Position numbers and translations under genes: made by a program. Shown here one piece after another: positions 36,791 through 46,794 of a stretch of 49,087 bases of DNA. Each line of letters starts with the position of its first letter. Within the stretch, counting starts at the first letter, position 1. The DNA is from an uncultured Rhodospirillales bacterium (GTDB taxonomy: Bacteria > Pseudomonadota > Alphaproteobacteria > CACIAM-22H2): positions 1-49,087 of the forward strand of contig CAIOSQ010000274.1 in the NCBI GenBank assembly GCA_903860935.1, written 5' to 3'. The notes beneath the pieces were generated by a model. The model was not told the origin of the DNA. It did not search any database and worked only from the letters and a program-made list of their open reading frames with translations.

Positions 36791-37411
36791 ATGACCGATT
36801 CCGCGCCCCCCGTTCAGCCGCCGCTGATCGATCCCGCCCATGACCCGTTCCAGCGTTTCGAGGCCTGGATGGCCGAGGCCGCGGCGCGCGAACCGAACGA
36901 CCCCAACGCGATGGCGCTGGCCACTGCCGACGCGCAGGGCCGGCCCAGCGTGCGGATGGTGCTGCTCAAGGGCGTCGATCACGGGGGTTTCGTCTTCTAC
37001 ACCAATCTCGAGAGCCGCAAGGGTGGGGAACTCGCCGCGAACCCGCACGCGGCGCTTCTGTTCCATTGGAAGTCGCTGCAGCGTCAGGTGCGCGTGGAAG
37101 GTCCGGTCACGCCGGTGACCGACGCCGAGGCGGATGCGTATTTCGCGTCGCGCGCCCGCACGAGCCGCATCGGCGCCTGGGCATCGCGCCAATCCCGGCC
37201 GATGGAGGGGCGGTTCGAACTGGAGCGCCGCGTCGCCGAGTACGGCGCGCGCTATGCGATCGGCGAGGTGCCGCGCCCGCCCCATTGGTCGGGCTTCCGC
37301 CTCGTCCCCGCACGGATCGAGTTCTGGCAGGATCGCGCGTTCCGGCTCCATGACCGCGTCGTTCATGTCCGCGACGGCGCCGGCTGGCGCACCGAGCGCC
37401 TGTTTCCGTGA
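36791..37411 (+). CDS. pdxH: Pyridoxamine 5'-phosphate oxidase
   Basis: AMALAT, RMVLLK, FYTN.ESRKG, RQVRVEG, ASRQS, IEFWQ.R.FRLHDR. Confidence 0.97.
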   Translation: MTDSAPPVQPPLIDPAHDPFQRFEAWMAEAAAREPNDPNAMALATADAQGRPSVRMVLLKGVDHGGFVFYTNLESRKGGELAANPHAALLFHWKSLQRQVRVEGPVTPVTDAEADAYFASRARTSRIGAWASRQSRPMEGRFELERRVAEYGARYAIGEVPRPPHWSGFRLVPARIEFWQDRAFRLHDRVVHVRDGAGWRTERLFP

Positions 37412-38325
37412 CCGCCCGTGCCGATCGCCACGAAGCCGGCGCGCTGATGCGGCGCGCCGCGATGGCCTCCGTGGTCGTCGCGGCGACGCTGATCCTGGCC
37501 AAGGTCGGGGCTTGGCTGATGACCGACTCCGTGGCGGTACTGTCGAGCCTGCTGGACTCCCTGCTCGACGCCGCAGCCTCGGTGATCAACCTTGTCGCCG
37601 TCCGCCATGCCCTGACCCCGGCGGATGACGATCACCGGTTCGGCCACGGCAAGGCCGAGCCGCTGGCCGGGCTCGCGCAATCCGCGTTCATCTGCGGGTC
37701 GTCGCTGATCCTGCTCATGGAGGCGATCCACAGGTTCGGCGCGCCGCAGCCGGTGCAGCGGCCGGAAATCGGGATCGCGGTCGCGCTGCTGTCGATCCTG
37801 CTCTCCGCGGCCCTGGTCGTCTACCAGCGCCGGGTCGTCGCCCGGACCGGCTCGGTCGCGATCGCCGCGGACTCGCTGCACTACGGAAGCGACGCCCTGC
37901 TCAACGGCGCCGTCATCGCCGCCATCGTGATCGGTCGGTTCTTCGACCTGCCGTTGGCCGATCCGGTCTTCGGTGCCCTGATCGCGCTGTGGATCCTCTA
38001 CGGGGCGATCCGGATCGCGCGCCAGTCCTTCGACCTGCTCATGGATCGCGAATTGCCGGCCGACGACCGCGCCCGGATCCTGACGATCGCGCGTGCGCGG
38101 CCCGAAGTGCGCGACGTGCATGATCTGCGGACCCGCTCCGCAGGCACGCATATTTTCGTGCAGATGCATATCGAACTCGATCCCGACATGCGTCTGGCGC
38201 GCGCCCATGCGATCGCCGACGGCGTCGAGCACGACATCCGCGCCGCCTACCCGCATGCGGAGATCATCATCCACCAGGATCCGGCCGGCGAGATGGAGGC
38301 GCATCGCGCGCAGGCCGCGCCATGA
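37408..38325 (+). CDS. fieF: Cation diffusion facilitator (FieF/YiiP-like)
   Basis: [43 protein letters not shown]. Confidence 0.9.
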   Translation: MTARADRHEAGALMRRAAMASVVVAATLILAKVGAWLMTDSVAVLSSLLDSLLDAAASVINLVAVRHALTPADDDHRFGHGKAEPLAGLAQSAFICGSSLILLMEAIHRFGAPQPVQRPEIGIAVALLSILLSAALVVYQRRVVARTGSVAIAADSLHYGSDALLNGAVIAAIVIGRFFDLPLADPVFGALIALWILYGAIRIARQSFDLLMDRELPADDRARILTIARARPEVRDVHDLRTRSAGTHIFVQMHIELDPDMRLARAHAIADGVEHDIRAAYPHAEIIIHQDPAGEMEAHRAQAAP

Positions 38326-39869
38326 CGGGCGGCGCGCAGGACGAGGTCCTCGCGTTCCTGTCCGACCCTGCCCTGCATGGCGGGACCGTGCCGCGCCGCA
38401 TCGACACCCACGGCTCGGTGGTCTTCCTCGCCGGCGAGCGCGCCTACAAGCTCAAGCGCGCCGTCGCTTTTTCCTACATGGATTTCTCGACCGTCGGGCG
38501 CCGACGGGAGATGTGCCGCGCCGAACTCGCGGTCAATCGCCGGACCGCGGCCGCGCTTTATCTCGGCGTGGCCGCGATCGTGCGGCGCGGCGGCGCGCTC
38601 GCCCTGGTCCCCGAGGCCGCGGTCGGCGCGGACGAGGCCCTCGACTGGGTCGTCGAGATGCGCCGCTTTCCGGCGGGGGCGGAGTTCGACGCGCTGGCGG
38701 CGCGGGGAGCCCTCGACCTGCCGCTGGTGCGCCGTCTGGCCGGGGTCGTGGCGCGTTTTCACGGCGCGCAGGCGCCGGAGCCGGGATGGGGCGGGGCTGC
38801 GGGCCTCGCCGCCGTCGTCGCCGAGAACCGGCGCGAATGCGCGGCCATGCCCGATCTCCTCGATCCGCGCATGGCCGCCGTCGCGGATCAGGCCTGTGCC
38901 GCGGCGCTGGAGCGCGTCGCCGCGCTGCTCGACCGCCGCGCGCGCGACGGCGCGGTGCGGCACTGCCATGGCGATCTCCATCTCGGCAATGTCTGCCTGT
39001 TCGAGGGCGAACCGGTGCCCTTCGACGCCATCGAGTTCAATCCGGCGATCGCATGCGTCGACACCCTTTTCGACCTCGCCTTCCTGCTCATGGACCTCGA
39101 ACTGCGCGCCTCGCGCGGACACGCGAACGCGGCGCTCAACGCCTATCTGGAGATCCATCCCGAGGACGCAGGCCTCGCGGCGCTGCCGCTGATGCTCGCC
39201 TTGCGCGCGGGGATCCGCGCCCATACCCGCGCGGTGGCGTCGCGTGCGCAGACCGATGCGGCGCGCCGTGGCGCCATGGAGGCCGATGCGCGGCGTCACC
39301 TGGTCGCCATAACCGCATTCCTCGCGCCGCCGACGCCGCGCCTGATCGCCGTCGGCGGCGTCTCGGGCACCGGCAAGTCGACGCTGGCGCGCGGCCTTGC
39401 CCCTGGCTTGGGCGCGGTGGCGCCAGGGGCCGTGATCTTGCGCAGCGACGCGATACGCAAGGAATTCGCCGGCGTCGATCCTTCGACGCCGCTGAGCCCG
39501 GATCAGTACGGCGTCGCGGCGACGGCCCGCGTCTATGCGGCGCTGATGGCGCGGGCCGCGGCGATCCTCCACGCAGGCTACCCGGTCGTGCTCGACGCCG
39601 TGTTCGGTCGCCCGGAGGAGCGCGCGGCCGCGGCGGCCGTGGCGGCTGCGGCCGGGTGCCGCTTCGATGGGATGTGGCTCGAGGCCGGGCGCGATGTCGC
39701 CGCGACGCGCATCGCCGGGCGCCGGGGCGACGCCTCGGACGCCACCGTCGCCGTGCTCGACATCCAGCTGGCCAGGGACCCCGGCGCCCTCGGCGACTGG
39801 CACCGGATCGATGCCCGCGGCGAGCCGTCGCAGGTGCTGGCGCGGGCGCGGATCGCCATGTCACGATAG
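38322..39869 (+). CDS. Bifunctional aminoglycoside-phosphotransferase-like / P-loop kinase (AAA_33) protein
   Basis: IDTH, YKLKR, HCHGDLHLGN, FDAIEFN, D.LFDLAFLLMDL, then GGVSGTGKST, RSDAIRK, VLDA, DASDAT. Confidence 0.88.
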   Translation: MTGGAQDEVLAFLSDPALHGGTVPRRIDTHGSVVFLAGERAYKLKRAVAFSYMDFSTVGRRREMCRAELAVNRRTAAALYLGVAAIVRRGGALALVPEAAVGADEALDWVVEMRRFPAGAEFDALAARGALDLPLVRRLAGVVARFHGAQAPEPGWGGAAGLAAVVAENRRECAAMPDLLDPRMAAVADQACAAALERVAALLDRRARDGAVRHCHGDLHLGNVCLFEGEPVPFDAIEFNPAIACVDTLFDLAFLLMDLELRASRGHANAALNAYLEIHPEDAGLAALPLMLALRAGIRAHTRAVASRAQTDAARRGAMEADARRHLVAITAFLAPPTPRLIAVGGVSGTGKSTLARGLAPGLGAVAPGAVILRSDAIRKEFAGVDPSTPLSPDQYGVAATARVYAALMARAAAILHAGYPVVLDAVFGRPEERAAAAAVAAAAGCRFDGMWLEAGRDVAATRIAGRRGDASDATVAVLDIQLARDPGALGDWHRIDARGEPSQVLARARIAMSR

Positions 39870-39937
39870 AAGACTGTGATGGGCGGATGGATCGGCACGA
39901 GCGACCCGCGGTGCCGCGCCCATCGGGGGAGAGGCCG

Positions 39938-40801
39938 ATGCAGTTCAAGTCTATCCTGGCGCCGATCGGCGGCACCGACAGCGACGCCGCCAGCCTGACG
40001 CTGGCCGCGCGGATCGCCCATCGTTTCGCGGCGCATGTCGACGTGTTCCATGCCAAGGCCGACCCGCGCGAGAGCATGCCCTATCTCGGCGAGGGCGCAT
40101 CCCCGGCCCTGATCGATCAGGTCATGGTGAGCGCGGAGCGTGACTCCGACACCCGCGCCGCCCGCGCGCGCGCGAATTTCGAGGCCTGGCAGGCGCAATC
40201 CGGCCTGTCGCTGGCGCCGTCCCCTGGCGTGGTCGAGCAGCCGTCCTGTGCGCTGCGCCTGGAGGCCGGCGCCGAGGACAAATGGATCGCGCGGCTCGGC
40301 CGTCTGTCCGACATGACTATCGTCGCGGAACCCGGCGAGGGCGGCAGCGTCGCGGCCATGCTCGCCTTCGAGGCCGCGCTGCTCGACACCGGCCGGCCGG
40401 TCATGATGGCGCCGATCGGCTACAAGACGAATGACAGCGGCTCTGTCGTCGTCGCCTGGAATGGCAGCGCCGAATCCTCGCGGGCGATCCAGGCCGGGCT
40501 GCCCTTCCTGCAGCAGGCGAAGAGCGTCCACGTCGTCGCGGTCGAGGAATCGGCCAACACGCCCGACGCCGACGCGGTCGTCCGCTATCTCGCCTGGCAC
40601 CGGATCGGCGCCAATGTCCGTCTTGCGTCGGGCAAGGGACGCCCGGCCGCGCAGGCGATCGTGGCCGAGTGCGAGGCCGTCAACGCGGCGCTGCTGGTGA
40701 TGGGCGGGTACACCCATAACCGCCTGCGCCAGATGATTTTCGGTGGGGTGACCGCCCATGTCATCCGCCACGCCACCATCCCCGTCCTGATGGCGCATTG
40801 A
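39938..40801 (+). CDS. Universal stress protein (tandem UspA)
   Basis: FKSILAP, GRPVMM.P, VVAWNGSAESSRA, LLVMGGY.HNRLRQMIFGGVT..V.....IPVLMAH. Confidence 0.93.
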   Translation: MQFKSILAPIGGTDSDAASLTLAARIAHRFAAHVDVFHAKADPRESMPYLGEGASPALIDQVMVSAERDSDTRAARARANFEAWQAQSGLSLAPSPGVVEQPSCALRLEAGAEDKWIARLGRLSDMTIVAEPGEGGSVAAMLAFEAALLDTGRPVMMAPIGYKTNDSGSVVVAWNGSAESSRAIQAGLPFLQQAKSVHVVAVEESANTPDADAVVRYLAWHRIGANVRLASGKGRPAAQAIVAECEAVNAALLVMGGYTHNRLRQMIFGGVTAHVIRHATIPVLMAH

Positions 40802-40809
40802 GGCCGGTC

Positions 40810-41175
40810 ATGTCGCGTTTGCAGAACATCCGCCTCGAGCTGGCGCGCACGCCGCAGGCTCCGGACGGTGATCCGGAGTGCGGCTACGAGTTCATCGCGC
40901 CGCTGGACGGGCAGGGGCGTCTCGACGCCGCCGCGTGGCGCGCAAGCCGGGCCCGCTGCACGGTGCGCCGCTTCTGGCGCGACGCGGCGGAGGAGAACGG
41001 CGAACTGCTCCACACGCGTGGCGGCAGATGGGTGTTCTCCTACGCCCCGGGGACCGAGGACGACGAGCCGATCTTCAAGTTCGATCGCCACAGTTTCCTG
41101 CTCGGAGAGTACGTGTCGATCACCGAGCATGACGGGGTGACGCGGCCCTTCCGCGTCGTTTCCGTGACTGGCTGA
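40810..41175 (+). CDS. Hypothetical protein
   Basis: Fits between USP and SDR with protein-like composition (IRLELART...GYEFIAPLD...C.VRRFW...GEYVSI). Confidence 0.75.
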   Translation: MSRLQNIRLELARTPQAPDGDPECGYEFIAPLDGQGRLDAAAWRASRARCTVRRFWRDAAEENGELLHTRGGRWVFSYAPGTEDDEPIFKFDRHSFLLGEYVSITEHDGVTRPFRVVSVTG

Positions 41176-41179
41176 GGCG

Positions 41180-41938
41180 GTGTCGGCCTCAGGCGCGGAT
41201 GGGCGGTCCGCGCGGCGGCTAGTCCTCACCGGTGCGTCGCGCGGCATCGGCCATGCCACCGTCAAGCGCTTCATGCGCGAAGGCTGGGAGGTGGTCACGG
41301 TCAGCCGCGAGGCGCCGCCGCCCGAATGCGGCCGCGATCCGCGCTGGAGCCTGCACGTCACCGCCGACCTGTCGGTTCCGGCGGATCGCGACCGGCTGGT
41401 GGCGGAGATCGACGCCCGGTTCGGTGATGCCCCGCTCCACGCGCTGGTCAACAACGCCGGCGTGAGCCCGAAGACCGGCTACAAGGAACGGCTTGGCGTG
41501 CTGCACGGGCCGCTCGAGGACTGGCGCAGCGTCTTCGAACTCAATTTCTATGCGCCGATCGCACTTGCCCGCGGCTTTGCTGCCGCGCTGGCCAAGGGCA
41601 AGGGGGCGATCGTCAACGTGACCTCGATCGCCGGTCACGCCATCCACCCCTTCGCCGGGTCGGCCTATTCGACGTCGAAGGCCGCGCTTTCGGCCCTGAC
41701 GCGCGAGATGGCCGGCGAACTCGCGCCGCTCGGCATCCGCGTCAACGCCGTCGCGCCGGGCGAGATCGAGACCGAGATGATCTCGGCCGATTACGAGCCG
41801 TTGATCGCACGCATCCCGATGCATCGCATGGGCACGACCGACGAGGTCGCCGGGGTGATCTACCGGCTTTGCGATGCTGATTTCGGCTATGTGACGGGCA
41901 GCGAGATTTTCGTCACCGGCGGCCAGCACCTCTACTGA
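41180..41938 (+). CDS. Short-chain dehydrogenase/reductase
   Basis: TGASRGIG, LVNNAG, YSTSK, IRVNAVAPG. Confidence 0.93.
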   Translation: MSASGADGRSARRLVLTGASRGIGHATVKRFMREGWEVVTVSREAPPPECGRDPRWSLHVTADLSVPADRDRLVAEIDARFGDAPLHALVNNAGVSPKTGYKERLGVLHGPLEDWRSVFELNFYAPIALARGFAAALAKGKGAIVNVTSIAGHAIHPFAGSAYSTSKAALSALTREMAGELAPLGIRVNAVAPGEIETEMISADYEPLIARIPMHRMGTTDEVAGVIYRLCDADFGYVTGSEIFVTGGQHLY

Positions 41939-41968
41939 CGGCCGGGTCCGACCGGACTGGTCGAGGCC

Positions 41969-42529
41969 TCAGGCTAGGTCGATCCGCGCCCGGTACCACG
42001 CGATGCGCCGCTCGGTCTGGGCGATGTCCTGGGCGAGCCAGTCGCCCAGAAGATCCTCCGCCGCGCCATGCTGGACCGCGAGATCGCGCAGCCGCGCAAG
42101 GTCCTGTTCGCTTGCGGACAGCAGCTGCTCGAGTTCGGCGCGGCGCTCGTCCGTCGCCAGGGCCGCGAGGAAGCGCAGCTTGAGGGCGACGACGAGCCGG
42201 GACAGATCCGTCATCTGGCCGCGCACCGGGCTGGTGATCAAGGTCCGGAACTCGTCCCGGCCCGCGCCGGTGATCCGCAGAAGCGTGTCGCCGGTGAGGC
42301 TCTGGCCGGGCGCTGCCCGCGCGCCGAGCGGCTCGACGAGCCCCTGATAGCGCAAGGCCTCGATCGACGTGCCCAGGATGTCGAGGCTGGGCCCGAGCAT
42401 GCGCGACACGAAGCGCCGAACCTCGACCGCGAGGTCGCCGAGGCTGCGGTCGCGTTCCGTCAGGAGGCCGAGGGCGCAGAGCCGCACGGCCTCCGGGGGG
42501 ATCAGCGACTGGTCCTTGAAATGCGGCAT
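41969..42529 (-). CDS. PadR/AphA-like winged-helix protein (putative regulator)
   Basis: VRLCALGLL.E, L...GLVE, ITGAGRDEF and helical C-terminus LKLRFL; directly downstream of the aminotransferase. Confidence 0.6.
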   Translation of the reverse strand: MPHFKDQSLIPPEAVRLCALGLLTERDRSLGDLAVEVRRFVSRMLGPSLDILGTSIEALRYQGLVEPLGARAAPGQSLTGDTLLRITGAGRDEFRTLITSPVRGQMTDLSRLVVALKLRFLAALATDERRAELEQLLSASEQDLARLRDLAVQHGAAEDLLGDWLAQDIAQTERRIAWYRARIDLA

Positions 42530-42552
42530 GGCCGCATCGCCGGCCGGGGCGC

Positions 42553-43947
42553 TCAGGCAGCCTTGAGCAGACCGCGGTCGCGGACCATCGCGTAGGTGTC
42601 GTCGAGCGCAGCCGTGAAGCGCCGCAGCATCTCGGCGGTCTGCGCCTCGGTGATGATCAGCGGCGGGCAAAGCGCGACGCGGTCGCCGAACAGGCCGCGG
42701 CAGATCAGGCCATGCGCCTCGGCACGCTTGGCGAAATAGGCCGACACGCCTTCCTTGGGCTCGAAATTGCCGCGCTGGGTCTTCGACGGCACAAGCTGCA
42801 TGCCGGCGATCAGTCCGGCGCCCTGGACCTCGCCCACCAGCGGATGGTCGACCAGCTTGCGCAGCTCGGCCTGCATGAAGGCGCCGACCTTGCGCGTATG
42901 CTCGACGATGTTGCGCTCCTCGTAGATCTTGAGCGTCTCCACGGCGACGGCGGCGCCGACGGGGTGGGCGGCGTAGGTATTGCCGTGCCCGAAGAGACCG
43001 ATCTTCTCCGACTGGCTGACCAGTCCGCGATAGATCTTCTCGTTGACCAGCAGCGCCGAGAGCGGGATGTAGCCAGAGGTCAGCGCCTTCGCCATCGACA
43101 TCATGTCGGGCTTGAGATCGAAGGTCTGGCTGCCCCACATGTTGCCGGTGCGCCCGAAACCGCAGATCACCTCGTCGGCGACGAAGAGCACGTCATGGCG
43201 GCGGAGCACCGCCTGGATCTTCTCGAAATAGGTCGGCGGCGGAACGATCACGCCGCCCGCGCCCATGATCGGCTCGGCGATGAAGGCGGCGACCGTCTCG
43301 GGATCCTCGCGCAGGATCAGCGCCTCGAGTTCGTCGGCGCAGCGCGTCGCGAACTCCTCCTCGCTCTCGCCGGGATGCGCGAAGTTGAAGTGGCTCGGGC
43401 AGGAGGTGTGCAGGACATTCGCGATCGGCAGGTCGAAATCGCGATGGTTCGCGGGCAGGCCGGTCAGGCTCGCCGTCGCGACGGTGACGCCGTGATAGCC
43501 GCGCAGCCGCGAGATGATCTTCTTCTTGCGCGGCTTGCCGATGGCGTTGTGGTAGTACCAGATGATCTTGACGGCGGTGTCGTTGGCCTCTGATCCGGAG
43601 CTGGCGAAAAACGCCTTGGACATCGGCACCGGGGCCGCCTTGACCAGGCGCTCGGCGAGTTCGATGCCCGGCTCGTGCGACTTGCTGGCGAAGACATGGT
43701 AGGTCGGCAACTCGCGCATCTGGCGTATCGCGGCCTCGATCAGACGCTCCTCGTCGAAGCCGAGCGACGCGTACCAGAGGCTCGCGAGACCCTCGATGTA
43801 TTCCTTTCCATCGTCGTCGTAGACATGAATGCCGCGGCCGCGCTTGATGACCATCGGTCCTCCCGTCTCGTGCGCCTTGAGATTGGTGTAGGGATGGATG
43901 AAGGCGGCCACGTCGCGGGCCTGGAGCGAATTCGGGCGCACGGTCAT
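42553..43947 (-). CDS. Class III PLP-dependent aminotransferase (omega-amino acid / polyamine transaminase-like)
   Basis: IHPYT, SGSEAND, GYHGVT, AFIAEPIMGAGG, ADEVICGFGRTG, MAKALTSGY; GGAG RBS before 43947. Confidence 0.95.
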   Translation of the reverse strand: MTVRPNSLQARDVAAFIHPYTNLKAHETGGPMVIKRGRGIHVYDDDGKEYIEGLASLWYASLGFDEERLIEAAIRQMRELPTYHVFASKSHEPGIELAERLVKAAPVPMSKAFFASSGSEANDTAVKIIWYYHNAIGKPRKKKIISRLRGYHGVTVATASLTGLPANHRDFDLPIANVLHTSCPSHFNFAHPGESEEEFATRCADELEALILREDPETVAAFIAEPIMGAGGVIVPPPTYFEKIQAVLRRHDVLFVADEVICGFGRTGNMWGSQTFDLKPDMMSMAKALTSGYIPLSALLVNEKIYRGLVSQSEKIGLFGHGNTYAAHPVGAAVAVETLKIYEERNIVEHTRKVGAFMQAELRKLVDHPLVGEVQGAGLIAGMQLVPSKTQRGNFEPKEGVSAYFAKRAEAHGLICRGLFGDRVALCPPLIITEAQTAEMLRRFTAALDDTYAMVRDRGLLKAA

Positions 43948-44033
43948 GTCGTGTCTCCTGGTGACTGGTCGACGGATCATAGACAGCCGGCATGGGCGGG
44001 GCCAGAGCCGCGGGAAGATGCAACCGGGATCCG

Positions 44034-44062
44034 TTGACACCCGGGGGGCCTGCCGCTACGTC
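44034..44062 (+). promoter_or_regulatory. Candidate sigma70 promoter for the ABC operon
   Basis: TTGACA-N17-TACGTC, with the GCTA context seen in alphaproteobacterial -10 elements. Confidence 0.5.
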
Positions 44063-44142
44063 ACAGGGCGATGCCCGGACCGTCGGATCCCCACCGGCGG
44101 CACCGCACCAAGCGGCCGGGCCGTTCAGATGGAGGCGTAACG

Positions 44143-45738
44143 ATGTCCCTGAAGCGTGCGTATCGCGCCGCCCTGCTTGCTGGCGCCATGGCGATCGGCC
44201 TGGTCGCGGCAGCCGAGGCGAAGCCGTTCCGGTTCTCGGTGTCCGGCGACGCGAACACCCTCGACCCGCATTCCCAGAACGCCGGACAGGTCACCCTGAT
44301 CCTGCGTCAGATCTACGAGCCGCTCATCCTGCGCGGCAAGAAGCTGGAGATGATCCCCGGCCTCGCCACGTCGTGGCAGTCGGTCGAGCCGAACCGCTGG
44401 CGTTTCCAGCTCCGCCGTGGCGTGAAGTTCCACGACGGGTCGGATTTCAACGCCGACGACGTCGTGTTCTCCATCAAGCGCGCGCTGCTGCCGACGTCGA
44501 ACTACAGCATCTACGTCGACACCGTCGCCGATGCCGTGCGCGTCGATGACCACACGGTCGACATCGTGACCCGCATCCCCGATCCGATCCTGCCCGACAA
44601 GCTCTCGTCGGTGTTCATGATGGACAAGGAGTGGTCCGAGAAGAACAACGCCCTCCGCCCGCAGAACACCCGCGAGCGCGAGGAAATGTTCACCGTCCGC
44701 AACACCAACGGCACCGGCCCGTATCGGCTGACGTCGCGTGAATCCGACGTGCGGACCGAACTCGCCCGCGTCGACAGCTGGTGGGGCTGGGAGAACAAGG
44801 GCCTCAACGACGGCAACGTCACGCAGATCACCTTCCGGCCGGTCGGGTCCGACGCCACGCGCGTCGCCGCTCTGCTCTCCGGCGAGGTCGATTTCGTCCT
44901 CGATCCGCCGCTGCAGGACGTCGCGCGCCTCAAGCAGTCGCTGCGCGTCCTCGAGGGGCCCGAGGTGCGGACCATCTTCTTCGCGATGGACATGCATCGC
45001 GACGAACTTCTGTACTCGGACGTCAAGGGCAAGAACCCCCTCAAGGACATCCGCGTCCGCAAGGCGCTCTATCACGCGATCGACAGCAACGCGATCCACA
45101 CCCGCGTGATGCGCGGCCAGTCGATCCCGACCGGCACGTTCTTCCCGCCGCAGGTCAACGGCTACATCAAGTCCGAGGACGTGCGACTGGCCTACGACGT
45201 CGAGCGGGCGAAGAAGCTCCTCGCCGAGGCGGGCTATCCCAACGGCTTCGAGATCACGCTCGACTGCCCGAACAACCGCTACATCAACGACGAGCAGATC
45301 TGCCAGGCGGTCGTGGCGATGTGGACGCGCATCGGCGTGCGCGCGAAGCTGAACGCGATGCCGCTGGCGACGTTCTTCCCGAAGATCCAGAAGGACGATT
45401 CGTCGCTCTACCTGCTCGGATGGGGCGTTCCCACCTATGACGCGCTCTATTCGTTCCAGAGCCTGCTCCAGAGCCGCGACGGCCAGCCCGGCAACGGCAT
45501 CTGGAACTACGGTCGCTACTCCTATGCGGAGATGGACCGCCTCATCAACATCATGAAGACCGAGCTCGACTCCGCCAAGCGCACGGCGGCGATCAACGCG
45601 GCGCTCAAGATCTACCGCGAGGACGTTCCGCATATTCCGCTGCATCACCAGATGATCCCCTGGGCCATGCGGCAGACCGTGAATACCGTGCACATGGCGA
45701 ACAACCAGCTCGAAGTGAAGTGGGTCAAGGTCGACTGA
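44143..45738 (+). CDS. ABC transporter substrate-binding protein, family 5 (DppA/OppA-like)
   Basis: Signal peptide, TLDPH, IYEPL, LRRGVKFHDG, NGTGPY, AKKLLAEAGYPNGF; GGAGG RBS. Confidence 0.95.
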   Translation: MSLKRAYRAALLAGAMAIGLVAAAEAKPFRFSVSGDANTLDPHSQNAGQVTLILRQIYEPLILRGKKLEMIPGLATSWQSVEPNRWRFQLRRGVKFHDGSDFNADDVVFSIKRALLPTSNYSIYVDTVADAVRVDDHTVDIVTRIPDPILPDKLSSVFMMDKEWSEKNNALRPQNTREREEMFTVRNTNGTGPYRLTSRESDVRTELARVDSWWGWENKGLNDGNVTQITFRPVGSDATRVAALLSGEVDFVLDPPLQDVARLKQSLRVLEGPEVRTIFFAMDMHRDELLYSDVKGKNPLKDIRVRKALYHAIDSNAIHTRVMRGQSIPTGTFFPPQVNGYIKSEDVRLAYDVERAKKLLAEAGYPNGFEITLDCPNNRYINDEQICQAVVAMWTRIGVRAKLNAMPLATFFPKIQKDDSSLYLLGWGVPTYDALYSFQSLLQSRDGQPGNGIWNYGRYSYAEMDRLINIMKTELDSAKRTAAINAALKIYREDVPHIPLHHQMIPWAMRQTVNTVHMANNQLEVKWVKVD

Positions 45739-45746
45739 CGGCCCTT

Positions 45747-45781
45747 CGTCCCCGCTCCCGGCGCGTCCGGGGGCGGGGACG
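45747..45781 (+). terminator. GC-rich intercistronic stem-loop after the binding-protein gene
   Basis: CGTCCCCGCTCCCGG-cgcgt-CCGGGGGCGGGGACG, a 15-bp stem with one G-U pair. No U-tract, so it may stabilise mRNA rather than terminate. Confidence 0.55.
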
Positions 45782-45802
45782 GCCTAGCCTCCGGCTCGCT
45801 CC

Positions 45803-46789
45803 ATGATCGCCTTCGTCATCCGCCGCCTGCTGCAATCCGTCCTCGTGATGCTGACGGTGGCGTTCATTTCGTTCGCGCTATTCCGCTATGTCGGCGATCC
45901 CGTGCTGATCATGCTGGGGCAGGATTTCACGCAGGCGCAGTACGACACGCTGGTCTCCGAGCTGGGCCTCGACCAGCCCTTCTATCTGCAATTCGCGAAA
46001 TTCATCGTCGCGGCGCTGCAGGGAGAGTTCGGAATCTCCTACCGGCTGGCACGTCCCGTCGCGCAACTGATCATGGAGCGGCTGCCGGCGACGCTCGAGT
46101 TGAGCCTTGTCGCCGCGATCCTCGCGCTGTGCATCGGGGTCCCGATGGGGGTCTATACCGGGCTGCACCGCGAATCCTGGCTCAGCCGGTTCTTCCTCAC
46201 CATTTCCTTGATTGGCGTGTCCCTGCCGACATTCCTGATCGGCATCCTGCTGATCCTGATCTTCGCGGTGCAGTTCGGCGTGCTGCCGTCCTTCGGGCGC
46301 GGCGACGTCGTGAAGTTCGGTACCTGGAGCAGCGGCTTCCTGACCACCAGCGGTCTCAAGGCGCTCGTGCTCCCGGCCGTGACCCTGTCCCTGTTCCAGC
46401 TGACGCTGATCATGCGGCTGGTGCGCTCCGAGATGCTGGAGGTGTTGCGCACCGACTACATCAAGTTCGCGCGCGCCCGCGGCCTGACCAACCGCGCGGT
46501 ACATTTCGGCCATGCGCTCAAGAACACGCTCGTGCCCGTGATCACCATCACCGGGCTGCAGATCGGCGGCATCATCGCCTTCGCGATCGTCACCGAGACG
46601 GTGTTCCAGTGGCCGGGCATGGGCCTGCTCTTCATCCAGTCGGTCAACAACGCCGACGTGCCGGTGATGGCCGCCTATCTGCTGCTGGTCGGCTTCTTCT
46701 TCGTGGCGATCAATCTGGTCGTCGATCTGCTTTACTACGTCGTCGATCCGCGCCTGCGTGTCGATCGCGGCGCGGCCTCGGGGCATTGA
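45803..46789 (+). CDS. ABC permease (DppB-like)
   Basis: IRRLLQ, LGLDQP, RLPATLEL, RSEMLEVL..DYIKFARARGL, ETVFQWPGMG. Confidence 0.95.
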   Translation: MIAFVIRRLLQSVLVMLTVAFISFALFRYVGDPVLIMLGQDFTQAQYDTLVSELGLDQPFYLQFAKFIVAALQGEFGISYRLARPVAQLIMERLPATLELSLVAAILALCIGVPMGVYTGLHRESWLSRFFLTISLIGVSLPTFLIGILLILIFAVQFGVLPSFGRGDVVKFGTWSSGFLTTSGLKALVLPAVTLSLFQLTLIMRLVRSEMLEVLRTDYIKFARARGLTNRAVHFGHALKNTLVPVITITGLQIGGIIAFAIVTETVFQWPGMGLLFIQSVNNADVPVMAAYLLLVGFFFVAINLVVDLLYYVVDPRLRVDRGAASGH

Positions 46790-46794
46790 CAGTC

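Noticed and set aside
41939-41968. Hairpin between the convergent SDR and PadR-like genes
   Set aside because: Imperfect stem without a U-tract; too weak to call a terminator.
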